This document shows, piece after piece, positions 11,583 through 25,955 of a DNA stretch of 64,000 bases. Both the position numbers and the translations under genes were made by a program. The stretch spans positions 7,936,001 through 8,000,000 of the forward strand of contig NC_134031.1 of the NCBI RefSeq assembly GCF_964204645.1, in the 5' to 3' direction. Source of the DNA: Tubulanus polymorphus (Eukaryota > Animalia > Nemertea). Below the pieces are notes generated by a model, which made no database searches, was not told the origin of the DNA, and saw only the letters and a program-made list of their open reading frames with translations. Numbering within the stretch: position 1 is the first letter of the stretch; every line of letters starts with the position of its first letter.

Positions 11583-13454
11583 GGTGCTGTCAGAAATAAT
11601 CGAAACGATAAACCGAATCACCAGCAACAAATTTTGACAAGTGAAGAGGAAGGACGCTGAAGTTGACGGGAAAGGGCGGCTCCGAGATCATGCAACTCGA
11701 TAAGTAACTTCCACACAGCATTACTCGCTTCCCTGTGTAGGCTATACTTCAGTAGTTCGCGTTGAAGCCACCTTTTGGAAGCTACTCATCAACTGGGATG
11801 GGCTCTGTGTGTGTCCTGTCGCCTGGTCAATGTGCGAAGTGAAGGGCTAATCCGTGCCCTTGGGTGAGAACCACCAGCAGGTGCATTTCAGGCTTGTCGA
11901 TGCAAAATTTAGCTATCCTTGGTTGTCCTTTTCCTTCCGACGCTCACTCATGCGTTTTTAGATTATGGCCGCATATTACCAGAGATTTTGTCAAAATTTT
12001 GCCGCTATATCGCTTGTCCTCTCACTGACTTACTTAAGAAAGATTTAAAAGATTTACAAAGATTTAAACTTGGAGGTAAGGTATCCTTTCGATCTAAGTA
12101 GCAGCAATTTCCATTGCTTTCATCGACATCATTCGAGTTGAACGATAAATGACCTTGCTCTCTTATAATATAAGCTTAGATGTAGAAAAACTGCATGATA
12201 ACCGAGATGAAAATTTGACCAGAATTCCAGTCATTAACGCTAACAAATGTCTCATATTCACTGTAACACTATATGTCAAATACGTAGGCATCATAACATC
12301 ATACTCGGATATCTCTCAAGTTGGATACGTACGTTTTTCGGTCCTCAATGATCCGACTTGAGCGAAGTCTACTGTAATGTCAGATAAAAAGGATGTACTT
12401 GATTCTCTGAAAACCTGTTTAGCGTCATCGATATATTTTTTACTTATTCAATCATTCCAATGTGAATCTCCCATTTACGGACTATTTTAGGAAGTTTCAT
12501 GGCAATTCTTGAAAATATCTGCATGCATCGTCCATCGTCGCTCTGACTGCGCCCGAATTTACTTGCATCAGGGAAAATAAATTGAGATCCGACGCAAGCG
12601 AGATACTATCTGACATGTCCGTGTTTGACAGCAACGTAGGTAGAAACCGTTTAGGAAGCAAACCACTACAAGCATTGTACGTATGAAAATTGTCGTCAAA
12701 CAGTTATAGGAAATTTCTTTTGTATATATGTAGGCTCACTTTCTCTTTCTCTGTAGGCTCTTGCAATCAAACTCAATCGATAACAATGGAACTTGGTATT
12801 GAATTGTATTACCAATTACGACGTGATCGTTATCATGCATGTCTCAAACTATTTTCAAGGGTTTTGAATAAAGTTTTACCCAGAGTTAAAGGTTTTGGGA
12901 TAGATATCTTATAACCATGGATTAAGCTACTATCCTCGGCAGACAATGGATCTTAGAATTTCACAGTGTCTTTCCTTTATACATACAAAGAATGTGTTGC
13001 AATGTTATTCTATGACGACATATCCTTACTGCAGGCGATGAGTTTTAGATGATTTTTTTTTTTCGATGGTACACTGAAATGCATATCATAGCTCCAGAGA
13101 AAAAGAAATAACATGCTTCATATCGGATAGAATGTTCTTTTCGAAAGAGTAAAGAATTTGAACTAACAAACATAATCGTATCGAACTCTAAGATGTTCGT
13201 AGTTCCGTTGTTGAATATGATATAAGATGATGCCTGAAATAGAAAAAAAAATCATTCATTCAATTTTCTACACGAAGCGATATTAGTTCTACTGACCAGA
13301 ATAATAATGATATAAAGATTGTGCTTTGCGGTATCATCAAAATATAAGATATAACGAAACACGTCTATAATGAAAAAAGTGGTTACACCGAGGTTTAAAT
13401 GCATTCATGAAAAATGCAAAAATGTGTATGCATTTACCATTGGTACCTAGTGTT

Positions 13455-16400
13455 TTAAACTAGGTGTGCGTTCAGACTGTATTTGCGGACCTTATATCTT
13501 TTCATCTCAACGACGAGCTCTGATCCCACATCAGGTATGTTTTTTTCCAAGTAAACGAAGGCATATCTCGATATACCATCACTACCAGCACGAGATGTAT
13601 CCTTGAACGTTTCGTAGGAAAGTGGTAAGTTGACGTCATTGAGATTTTGGTCTCCAAAAAAACCGAGAATATCGCCTTCTTGGACCCTGATACGTTGATC
13701 TTGTGGAATTTTTACCTGAATATTTATCTCAGAAGATAACATATATAAAAGATATGAACTTGTTAAATAATTATATGCGTAGTATATTATAATTCGTAGT
13801 TATTATATTCGTAATTATTTATAGCATTTCGTCAAATCAAATCAATTACATGTTAAAATAACGAAGGCATGCTTTGGCTAAAAATTTCTAGAAACCAGAC
13901 AATTAGTAATTAGAGGATTTATCGTAATGTAGGATATTTATTCCTTTGTCCGATCAGCTATAAAATGAGTTCATTTGGCCTACCGGCATTCCACCTAACC
14001 TCCCACAATCATAACCCATATACATGCACGTGGATACACAGTATTTTCTACTTATATCGGACTTGGACAACGACTACTCACAGTAACTGGACCTTGGTCA
14101 TCATTTGTTGGAGGTAGGCTGTTTTTCCCCACCATTGTGTAGGTAGGTCCACGGTTAGTGCTGATGTTCCTGAATACAGCGCCATATATTCCCCGTTCAC
14201 CACCATGGGAATAATAATTCCAACGGATGATTGATGAATTGCAAGGTATTACGTAATCTAGTAACAAAACTATTTTTTTCATCGCCTTCCGAATCAAAGG
14301 TCGACTCATCAATTGACTGTTGCCAACCATGGCTTGGCACACGGGGCGCTCTGTAATTTAATGATTGGATATGTCAATTTTCAACTTAAGACACGGATAA
14401 TAGACAGGGATCAGCATTTGAATTCACAAAAAGTCGATTCAAGATGAGAAGAAATGAGGACCGATTAAGTATTTATGATATAACAATATTCAATGCTCCA
14501 GCATTGCTCAAACGGGGCCAAAGCTCAAACGTTACTAGTTTTTACATGAAAGTCACTGGTGCACGCTCACCGCACTCGCTTGTTGGAATACACAACCCAG
14601 CGACCATTACAAAACCAGAATCACATTCACACCCTGGATTCGATGGTAGAGAACAGTTTGATTCATGAACAACTTCATTAAAGCATGATGGCTGGCATCC
14701 GAGCATCTGTTGTTTGAATGAACTATTTGGGAGGCAGTTGAATGCTACAAAACGAAACAAATAAGATTTCGTTACTATAATGTACCCAATAGAGCACAGT
14801 ATCAGTATAATCGTGTTTTGTAAGATACCGCAATGTCTACACCTTATCAGAAATAGACGTTGATTATTACATTATTGAGATATGTATTTTGATATATCGA
14901 AATAATCAAATTGTTTTGTTTGGTTTTAGTAGTCGGGTCTCAACTCGACACTCACAACACATATTTTCAGTTCTCAATGCAGATGAACCGGCCTGGGTCA
15001 GGTTACAAACCATCGACGCTTCGTTCAGTTTGGGACAATGAGCGTTCCTATCTCCTTTAAGCACCGCAGCATCGAATACACAGTCATTATAAATCATATT
15101 TAGAACAAATCCTTTGGTTTTTAAACACTCTTTGAATGGACCTTGATCGTTATTTTTCAATAGACCGCAGAAGTTATCAGAACTGTATAAATCCTTGTCG
15201 GCACCTGTTATTTCAGCCCTGTATATCATTGTATAAATGAATATCAAAATGTATTAGGCGAAGCATGATATCTAAAAAAGCAAGATTGTAACTATGATCT
15301 GAACTACTAAACTATTTGCACAACAGATCTATTTTGCATCTCAGTAAATCATGGACTGGAGATCAATACCCGCTGTGTTATTCAGAAGAGACTTTCGAAT
15401 AGTACATTCTCGAATGGAGGTTAAACCTTACCAATGAAATAATTTGTTTCTTTTTTAGAGAAAAAATACGACATTATAGTGCGTGTGTAGAGTTACACTG
15501 TGTTATTCGGTCAGTGTTCACAGCAGTTGACCGTTGACAGTCGACACCTTAAGTAAACTATGAGAACGGGTGGCAACCTGTCAACCCATCAACCAGAACT
15601 GAAGTATGACAGTTTTCCACCCCTTTAACTGCTATTTATGTTCATAATTTTCATTGTTTCTCATAAATCCATTGCGTATTATGAAGTTGCGGATGATTCG
15701 GATGATATTGGCATTTCGAAACACAAAAAGGCGCTCATGTTTATATAACATTCAAATATAATATATCTATATAGCTATCAAAATTGGTTGAGGTTTTTTG
15801 GAGGACACATGACAGTTATAAGGTGGATTGTTCGATGTTGATGTGACAAATCATTGGTCCTAAATAACCTTGGGAAGGTTTTTAGCATAGTTTGGAATGT
15901 GAATGATTGGGGTTGTGGTAAGGATTAGAGTTAAGGGTTAGGGTTAGGATTAACGAGATTAGACATGCGACGCTGATGTGTATGTGTCCACGTCAACCAA
16001 CCTGTCGAAGACGAGTTTCCTACTAGAATATAATAATATGATATATGGAATATATCATTAAATGACTTTTAGGAATAATCAATTCGGTGAAAGATGTCCT
16101 CGAAACAGAAGACAAGAAGATTAGTATACGGGTTCACACGGAACCTAACTGGCGTGAGGGGCCTATCGCCAACCGTCCTGTGCAGTTATCAACTATAACT
16201 GTTGTGTAGGGTGTCCACCTGTCAACCGTCCTGTACAGTCATCGCCTAACTGGTGTGTAGGGTGTCCACATGTCAACCGTCCTGTGCAGTCATCACCTAA
16301 CTGGTTTGTAGGGTGTCATCTGTCAACCGTCCCGTAATCTTCACCCTAATATGTAAGGTGTCGCGTGTCATCAGCTGTAGAATATAGATCCCCAATCAAG

Positions 16401-19400
16401 GATCTATTTTAACTTTTATCTAACTTCTTTCAGTTCCATACTACTACGCTTTTATGTTTCAGCCTGCGCTTCACCGATTTACTCCAAAAGTACATCTACA
16501 CGTTGCACTATAATGCCGTATATCGGACTTGGACCGAAAATTAAACTTATTAGAAGTCATTCATTCAGTAACTTACGGCTTAGTGGGTGTACTACCACTG
16601 CATCTAAAATAGAAATCAACAAGTATAAACAAGAGCATAGAAATTCATGTTTCAATTCTGTGCAAAGATGTGTTATCATTGACCCGGTGTCAATTCATTT
16701 TATGACTTAAGAAGGAAGAACCATAAGTCGAATGGATTCATAAAAATATTTCTTTGATTTTACTGCGCAAAAACATTCCACGTTTTTGCACCCTATTTCG
16801 TTGTACTCGCAGTTGCCAATACAATACACTGTACATTGTTTTTGTGAGGTAGATTGGTACGAGGTAACTAGGGTGGCTGATTCGGCCCATATATACGCTT
16901 AACTTTTCATGCGGGCTAGCAGATGTAACTGCATTAAACCATGGTTTTAGTGTCAATGGTTAAACAGATAAGTTGCGATATGTCATTGTTTTAGCGTAGT
17001 CGGAAAATCAGATCTTTGTTTTCGGTGGTCACAAAATCCAAATTATTGGCGCATTATGATGGAACAAAAAGATGATAACCACAGAACAAATCGATAGAAA
17101 TACGTATATGTGACGTCGATTGGTCACTAAACTTGTTCCCTTGAGGAAATACGAATTAAAGATTTTAAATACAAATTTATTGAAATAGCCTATCATGGTC
17201 ATTGATATCATTCCAATGGGTTTCTATACGATAAAGTTCAATACAATGCATTTGGAAAACATTTGTATATATTTGAATATAACGCCTATTCTGAAACGGA
17301 CATCAAAAATTCTCAAAATTGCAAACCCGGTTTAACGGTTTGCTTCAAGTTTGATGTAACCATGGCTGCCTCCATTTGCGTGGAGCTGCTGCTGAAAATT
17401 CAAAAATGTAAATCGGGTACCGGTACTTAACTGAAGACCGAGTGCTCACCGTTACACTATGGAATTTCTGATGGTTATTTTTTGAGCAAATGTCTCCAGA
17501 ATCACCAATTGTATCTACCAACAGCTATATTTCATTAATGCAATACCGTGAAACCTGATATATAATATTGACGGGAGATGAATGAAACTTAAATTCCTGA
17601 CACTAGAAGACTTATATCGACTATTTTGACTATCTTAGATGATTGGGAGAGAGGTCAAGAAAGTAAGGACATTTTCCGTGGATTTAGGCTGCGAGTAGGG
17701 TTCCCCTCGGTGTTGAAACAAATACATTCAAAACGATGTAATTTGCAAGAGGATGAGTGTTAGATTTGTAAGTTTTAATGATCACTGTCTTGACAAAGAT
17801 GGTAACCTTAATGGGAAGGGACAGGGGTCCGGTCCGGACTACCGACCCCCTGACCTCAAAGTATGTCCCTATTTTACTGGAACATATATCTTTATCTACC
17901 ATTTTTCAAATACTAGGTGCCCTTATATCCACAGTTGAAACTGAACATTTTGATTTTAACAAAGTTGGACCGGTTAAATTGTCAAAATTCTCGATATAAA
18001 TAAGCAATTCTCTAGATAACGTGTTTTGGAAGTTTGATTCGCAATAACTTCAATTAATTAAAAAATGTAGATTAAAACCTAACCCGGGCGTAGGTCGCGC
18101 GGCCTTGCAACGCTCCCTCCCACCGGCCGGTTCCATTCCATTATTGATAGGCTATTTTGATAGGCTATTTAGGCCTTGATTTAGAGCTAAAATACTGGGG
18201 CCAGTTGCTCAAAAGTTGGTTAAAGATAACCAGCCGTTAGATACCATAGTAACAATGAAATTTCAATTGTCACCATATCAACTATCCACTGGTTAACTCT
18301 AACCAACTTTTGAGCAACTGGCCCCTGGTCTTAATGGGCGAAGCAGCATGAATACAATTACAAATGGACGAGATTTAATTCTCGATAAGAAATTTTATGA
18401 AGCCCTAAAAAAACAAAACAAAAAATTACTATTGTGGGTTCGAATCCCAGTATTACTGGGAAAATTGCGACCTACGCCCGCCTTTAAGTTGAGGATATAA
18501 TAAGAATACGTGTACCGTTACTATCTCGTAAAGGCTCGTTGGTTTGATTAGGCCACAACAAAAAAATCCTGTTTCTCGGGCGGGGCATTCACAAAAATGG
18601 GTAGGTAGGTAGGGATATTTTTTCTTTTTATACAAAACTAATTTCGGATTCACTTCTGAAAACAGGGTAGGTCGCCGTAAATGCTTTTTACTTGACCAAA
18701 TTTTTAGTCAAGAATGATTAACAGCTAGTAGACCACGATGATTAAAGGAGATTTAGGTGTTTGTACAATAACCTAAAAAAATATCTATTCTGAACATATT
18801 TCACGAATTCCTTGAATTTTACAATCCGATGTAATAAAATATTTTTATGATGTTGATCTCAGTGCCGACATCACGAATTGATTAAAAAGAAAACAATATT
18901 TACAAGAATGGAGAGTTTGATAGTCGGTCGGCCACATATATATTTTTGAAAAAATGTGTTTTACCCAAAATTTTGAAAAGGGTCGGTAGGCAGTTCTCTT
19001 CTATTCTGAAAATGATTATTTGAAACGACAAAATATCGGGTCGGTCGGGCCCGAGAAACGGGGTTTTCTTTTGGTGTGGCCTTACCTGGCAAATCCTGGC
19101 AAGCGAATATGTCTCGCGCAGAATAAGGAAAAGATTATGCTTCAACAATACGTCCGTCAATTCAATCGTGGACTCTAATACGAGGTCCACAGTTTGATTT
19201 GTACCGAACTAAATCGATACGGAATTCAATAAGCCCAGTGAACGTGTGTTCAAAGCGAACTCTGGTCCAAAGTTTGAATTGTAATTTTAGCAATGTAATA
19301 TTTTCATTCAATGTACATATGTAAAGTAAGGCCTGCGTACTTAGAAGAACACCCATTTACCTGATATCTCAAAGATACAATAAGTTTAAACGTAAATATA

Positions 19401-20214
19401 GCTTACGTAGAGTTCGATACGATACAACTGCCTCCTGGTGATAAACAAGCTTCATCTGGTGGCTGATCATCTGAAAAGTTTCCGTTGCAGTTTCCACAGA
19501 GACCTTTCAATTTACCTTTAAAATCGTTTGTACCGAGTTTTCCTCCTAGCTGTACCTGGGCATGCCAGCCCGGTTTATACATTACCAAAACACTGCAATC
19601 CGCTATACGAACAAAGGTATTTTCACCGCTAAATGATATTTGCATTCCACCAATCTCCTGTGAAAATGCCTGGTAGATACCGTCAACCTATCATACAAAT
19701 AACGCAAATATCTATAGAAAATCGATCATGTGCCAATATCGTCAATGATGAAGAACAGTCACAATGTAAAATGTAATAAAAAGTCGAGTATACAATGTGT
19801 ATTCAGTACAGCCACAACGGAACCATTGTATGATTACCCTCCAATTACAACTCCAAACGTTAAAAACGAAATCCATTCACTAGATCAAAACCGTAGAGAC
19901 CATAGTCAGCATACAGAGGTATTAAATTATATTATCTATCATATGTTTGCTGTCTCAACTTACAATAACTTTCCAATTGCTGCCGATCATTACAGTGTGT
20001 CCTCCGTATTCTATAATGACGTCTTTCGTGTACGATGCTTTGTTGTCAATATCTCCGTTTATCGTCGACACTCTGAATCGGCAACTTCCTTCAGAATTTT
20101 CGGTCATCACATACTGACACTTGCTTCCATGGAAGTCATACTTTTTGAAATCGAATGTCAGGTAATGAGGATCACCAGAGCTCAGACAAAACCCATTACA
20201 TTGGGCTGAATCGA
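13455..20214 (-). CDS. Probably secreted VWD-C8-TIL protein (zonadhesin/IgGFc-binding-protein-like module) with an unnamed C-terminal beta-rich domain
   Basis: Phase-compatible exons: 20214-19964 (C..SGDPHYLTFD..YDFHG.CQYV, VWD), 19687-19407 (GLCGNCNGN), a 27-nt microexon 16603-16577, 15218-14956 (C8: FCGLL..GPFKEC..DCVFD), 14744-14571 (TIL: CLPNS..GCQPSC..GCECDSGFV..CIPTSEC), 14350-14082 and 13715-13455 (stop). A phase-1 donor at 21279 behind a hydrophobic stretch (ILVLFLTTAPIQ) is a probable signal-peptide exon. I could not resolve the start codon. Confidence 0.82.
15961..16470 (+). repeat. Dispersed repeat with internal ~40-45 bp tandem units (copy 1)
   Basis: AGACATGCGACGCTG... through ...ACTACGCTTTTATGTTTCAGC recurs at 27541-28128. 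The unit is TGTCAACCGTCCTGTRCAGTCATC.CC.AACTG..GTGTAGGGTGTC.ACC. Confidence 0.8.
18196..18326. mobile_element. Short palindromic MITE
   Basis: Termini CTGGGGCCAGTTGCTCAAAAGTTGGTTA...TAACCAACTTTTGAGCAACTGGCCCCTG. A related element lies at ~23688-23794. Confidence 0.7.
18551..19081. mobile_element. PIF/Harbinger-like MITE
   Basis: TIRs GGCCACAACAAAA...TTTTGGTGTGGCC with TTA on both sides (18548-18550 and 19082-19084). Confidence 0.75.
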
Positions 20215-23067
20215 CTAAATTAGAAAGAAGTTGAGATGCTGAAGCCATAGTGCATCTGGTACGTAATTAGACAGTAATTAAACTAATTCATTTTTATTCC
20301 GTTTAACACATGATTACGAACAGGGCCTTTCGCAGATACTGAAATTGACTAAAACCAAAAACCAGAAATTTGATGAGATTCTCATATAGTTAACTGATGA
20401 TAGGAAACATATCGGTCACCTCATCATGGGTGCTTTAGTGACGACGATGGCATGCAATGCAATCCATCTTTGTAATTAGTGCATATCAAGAACCCTTTGG
20501 TACATTAAAATTGGATTTAGTTTCCAGATTGTTTTCCTTTTCTTAGGGGAATTATACGGAAGCGTCCTGGGGACATAAGAAAAAAAGAATAACTATTTTA
20601 TTTATGAATTATAGAAAGAAAATTTAGATAAGATACCTTTTGTCAGAAACTCGATTAAGCAATGAAAATGATTCTTTCAATTTATGAATTAAGAGATATT
20701 CACACGTTCGATCTATGAATTAAGAATGTAGGTATGTGTCGCTCCACTTATAACTCGTCATTAAAGATTTTGGTATCAAAAAGGACGTAATTCGATTTTT
20801 TGATGGGAAAATAGAAATACTTATGATATATAAAATTTTGAAAATATTCGTCTCAATCTTTATGGACGAGTCATAAATCGTTTGTAATGTTGGCAGCGAT
20901 TTCATCAATAAGAAAAGATTCTTAATTTCGATTTTCGAATTAAGAAATGAAGATAACGCGCTTACATGTTTAGAACTTGTCAAGAAAGATGGCAAGTTAT
21001 GTAATTCATAAATCGAAAGAAATTTTTCAAAATTCATAAAGATGGCCTCAGGGCGGCAGTGTTTCATGCTTTGGAGTGTGTTATGGTTCGATGAAAATGC
21101 TCTTGATTTTTTTGGAAAATGGAATTTCATTGCTATATCGAGTTTCTGACGAGTTATGTCTCGTAAAAAAATGCCAGAATTTGTTTTTTTTTGTATTCAT
21201 GAATCAGATATTTATTGTTTTTTCCGTGTCCCCAGGTCCCCGTGTCCAGTCAATTTGTAAGAGGTGAGTTTACTTACCTTGGATAGGTGCAGTCGTTAGA
21301 AATAGCACCAATATTTCCTTAAAACCTTGAAAATCATAATAGATAAGCGTAGTGAATTGTACAGACCCGAATGATATTCAAATATAAGAATGAACCATCT
21401 ATGTCTCCATGACTGCTGGTGGTCATCGCGAGAAAGTTAATATGAACTGTTTATTCCAACGAAAGTAGGTCGGGTGCGTTAAGACATAATTTGAAATTAT
21501 TTTCGACTTACCCCAGAAGAAATTGAGCACAGAATTTTTTTCCAATTTGTGAGAGCCTTTTAATGGGTATGTTGTTGAAAATATTTAAATAAATATCAAA
21601 ATTGCCAATGTTTTGCGGATCCCTTTAATGGGGATTTCTAACTGGATGTAGAGTCATTGGTATCCCAAACATTCGACCCTTCCTTCGATCCAAAGTTACC
21701 CACATATGATGAGCTAGTAAAAAAGTAAAAAGCCCAGACGAAAACCGAATATTCTACAGATAATAAACAACGCATACGATACCTATCAATGTCATCGCTT
21801 CGTGATGCGTCTTGTGGACAATACCAAACAGGACACAGTTTTCGATTTATCATTCGCAATATATAATGATTATGTCCACCTGAATAACCAAACACGTCAC
21901 TTCATAAACACTTTGAGTACTCGCACTTCAATTCACAATATGAACACATGTTCAATCAATATTGATCGAATTAACGAAATGTCAAAAAAGAAAACGAATC
22001 AGGAAATTCACAAAACATATATATATACGGAATGATAAATCAACGCCCAGTACCGGTACCGGGAGGTATTTCCCATTGCATTCATATCTTCCTCGAGATG
22101 TGGGGCCACGTTAGGCAGCAAAATCATATCAAAGAAGACCATTATTCAAGATTATACGTAATCTAAAAGTGACTGAAGTTTTTCCGGGAGTTTCTGAAAC
22201 AAGATCATCGAAAATATTCGATCAGTCAATATAACATAGCTTTTTGCGTAGTTTTAGATACTGGTATATAAGCACGCAAGCTGTGTTATAACAAGGTACC
22301 GGTATCATTTCTATATGTTATGATGTATTTTGACTTAAAGAGTTTAGAAAAAAACTTATAATAATCAAATACCCGAATAGTAATTATAATATTCATATAA
22401 AAGCCAATTCAAAATTATAGAAAATCAGCCATGTCATCAGAAATAATGCCAGAAATACGATTCGCGATCTATACATGCAGCAGTCCATTTCACTGGAACT
22501 CGTGTTATCAATAAATTGATTGAACGCAAAAACCCTTGAAAAGATATGGAAATGTTTTGAGTGTCGTATGAGTGGGAGAACATTTATATCCCGGTGTCTG
22601 ACAACAATTACCGGAATTATATTATTATTATGATACATATTCGACATAATATAGAAATTTGGTGGGAATGGCCTTCGGTTTTCCAACCCGATGCTACAAA
22701 AGAAGTGATCGTCGCTACTGTTGGCGCCAGGATTCCGCCCCCTACCGTGGGCCAAAGAATTGACCACGTGGAAATTGCTTCCCGCCATACAAGGATAAGG
22801 CTAGTAGGCCTAATCACCGCTTACACCACGTACTGATATACACGGTATTCCCCGCCACAAAACATTTTGCCCTGCTGGTAATGAGTCATTCTTGAACACG
22901 TCAAAGAAAACAGCATTCATTGATTTCGTATATCACTGTTCATGAACTTCGAAACATACGTATCTATATACGTTATATACGTTCTCGATTCGAGCTAACC
23001 GGTATTATATCATACCGTATTATGCTCTAACACAGCAGCACAGTGCTCTGAATTCATAACTGCAGAC

Positions 23068-25053
23068 ATGGGACTTAACTGTTCGAGGTTTTTCAAGCAA
23101 AAGGATATACGACTTCTCTTTTTGGGTAACTTTTAGATACCACTAAACTTTTCTGTCAGGTCAGCTAGGCTTCTTCAATGAACTCTGAATTGTATGATAT
23201 ACATATCATATACTGTAATTGCAGGTTTGGACGGCGTAGGAAAGACGACGTTGTTGTATAAATTGAAATTAGGCGACGTAGTACAGACTATTCCAACAAT
23301 CGGTAAAGCATTCACGCAGTTTTAGCGCTGTCTATATATCAAGAACTGTTATCCTGTGTTACATGAACACTCCAATAGGTTTAGTTAATCCTGCCAAATG
23401 AATACTCCGATCCAAGTTTAATCTTGCACATACGACCTAGTACAGGACAAATCTGCCGCCTGTACCCTCGAAGACGGGACAATCAACATTCAATTGGTTA
23501 AGTCTGGATGACATGATTTACATGTATGGTGAAAAATGTCAATTTATGTCTGTTTATGTCAGACATTCATTTTCAAATAAACAAAATGCCTTGGATCCTA
23601 GAGACTGACGAAGTCTTGGCGACAAGTCTGAAGATGGTGATAGTCTATCGACAGTCTGCAGAGAGGGTGAGCTAATACGTACCGAGCTGGGCCCAATTTC
23701 ACAAAAAGGATTAAGGCCTAAATCGATTTAAGATAAACTGAATTAATGAAGACATTAATGAGATTAAAGAGTTTTTTTTATGAAACTGGGCCCAGGTACA
23801 AAAGAATGAAGTACAGGAAGTCGAACCTCGTCAGTACGATTCGGCTTACAACGAAAACCTCAGTAATAAGATGAATTGAAGAATTCCCTGCTTTTCTTAT
23901 AGAATGTTTCTATAAGAATGTTTGCTCAATACGATCACGTTACAAAACTCAGTACGATGGTCCAAACTGAGTTCCCCTTCTTTACAAAGTTGGTTTTGGC
24001 CGTATTTACATGATATGTAAATACGACCAAATCCAACTTATCATGTGTCGTCTATTGAAAGCACGCGCAAGTGAATACCAGCAGCACGATCTTTTCATGA
24101 GAATAAAGAGGCAGCGATAAATCCCGTGTGGTGGCGCGGTAGTAAGACCACACATAAGACAAGTTTATATTTTCTGTTGATTGTAAATATTGTGAACCTT
24201 ATAGTCTCTCTCAATGTACCATAGAAATGACATCCTTACATGCAATAAATTTCTCAATCGGTGTCTGTTAAGATGATCATGGAATACTTCGACTGAAAAT
24301 ATATATTTCCATTAACGAATCCATTTTTGATATTGTTTAGGATTTAACGTTGAAAGTATTGAACACAATAACACCTGGTTGGTTGCATGGGATGTTGGCA
24401 GTCGTGATAAAATGGTGTGTATGTATACTTACGTACAGTACCGGTACACATGTAATTCAGTCAGAGAGCTATATGAAAGAGGCTAATAGAATCAATATTT
24501 TGTTTTTTTTTGTTTAAGCGTCCTCTGTGGCGACATTATTATCAAAATACATCTGCTGTAGTGTATTTGGTGGATAGCCAAGATAAAGAACGATTGGCAG
24601 AGTCTGCTGAATTATTCAAGCAATTAGAATGTGAGGAAGATGACCTCCGTGACGCGGTGTTTCTGGTTCTGGCCAATAAACAAGACGGTGACCATACTAT
24701 ACCTGTTGAGACTATAAGGAAAGAATTTGATATCGATAGAGAAGACAAAACACACGAAATAGGTGGGTATGGTATTAAACATTGTCACAAAAACCTGATC
24801 TTCAGCATATGAATTGTGCATGTCTTATTTTTTAACAGGTATATTCCCCATCACTGCCATCGATGGCACTGGTATCGATGAGGCATTGGAGTGGTTAGTG
24901 GAAACTGTCGCAAAGAATGAAGCAAAAGCACACTTTCATTCATCGGTTCGAGATGTTGCCATAAAAGACAGTTATCTGGCGTGGCAAATTTGCTCGTCAA
25001 TCAACGGATATGTTGGGGCAGCTTGGAAACGATTGTACAAAGGAAGTGGATGA
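23068..25053 (+). CDS. ADP-ribosylation factor family small GTPase (Arf/Arl-like), divergent G3 and a C-terminal extension
   Basis: Five exons with consistent phases: 23068-23125 ([20 protein letters not shown]), 23225-23302 ([26 protein letters not shown]), 24341-24414 ([13 protein letters not shown]), 24519-24762 ([24 protein letters not shown]) and 24839-25053 ([16 protein letters not shown].., stop). Confidence 0.9.
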
Positions 25054-25955
25054 ATTTCTTGCACTCGCTTCGAGAAATAAACAACGGCAGTACGACATAC
25101 CCAATTTTATTGCCAATGCTTACAGAGCAGTAATCATATCGATTCTTATCGTGAATGCCAGATATCCTCTGTGAAGATATTATGAAGGCCACACCAAAAT
25201 ATATCAATTCATGAATTGCGATGAAAAATTGAAAAAATAAGGTTCGGGTGGCTGGGTCTCGTGACGTAAACTGGCGTACAGGCGTTTTCAGTCTTTAACG
25301 ATGTGGTGCAATTATGCTAGTTATGAAATTGAGTGGAATGAACTTTCGATTACTATGTTCAGTGTTACTGAGCAGTGTTCAGGCAATAACACAACACAAA
25401 TACAGTTACCCTTGTCAACCAAAAGAAAAAAAAAATATCATCCAAAATAAGTGGTCAGGTGTAACTGAGATTACATATTTGTCCACATAAAAATTTAACC
25501 AATTCATCTATCTTCATGTTTCAGTTATACTAACAAACAAAAAATATAAACCTATGAAAATGAAAATTGAAGATTAAACCTTTTGTATGGTCGAAATAGT
25601 TTGTTGCGAAAAAAGTATAGATACGCATTGTACTGTAAGTAGATGAATTTGACTAATTAACCTTAGACATATTCTCTGAGAAGTGTACCGCATTTGAATA
25701 CTTCTAGTACGAAATGAAACTAAAATTGATTTATGCTGATTGGTATTATGAAGACGTTTAGGATATATATATTATTGGGCTTTCATGAATTATACCAATA
25801 AAGCTTTCGGGAACATAGTAGTAGGGTTCAGTTATCAGCGGTCAAACAATATCAACAAGTGGAAGCTGGAGTTCGTGGCCAGTATTGCAGTATCAGACAA
25901 CCTGCGTGGATATGTACATACATAAACATAAATAGAAATTATATAAATAAACAAG

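Noticed and set aside
11750-11905. GC-richer block just upstream of the flotillin start as a possible ncRNA
   Set aside because: No recognisable family motif; it could be promoter sequence or a repeat remnant, and I cannot support a call without an Rfam search.
14053-14068. 16-mer TATATCGGACTTGGAC repeated at 16519-16534, each copy shortly downstream of a VWD-gene donor site
   Set aside because: Only two copies at different distances from the donors; cannot be told apart from a small repeat remnant.
15926-15950. TTAGGG-like motifs (also ACCCTAACCCT at ~11281)
   Set aside because: Only two or three degenerate units inside repeat elements; too short to call an interstitial telomere.
16160-16340. 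Regularly spaced ~43-bp repeats here and at 27760-28010 that look superficially like a CRISPR array
   Set aside because: The units are tandem copies without unique spacers, the context is eukaryotic, and there are no cas genes.
19730-20209. 159-aa + strand ORF
   Set aside because: It is the antisense shadow of the VWD exon and has no motif of its own.
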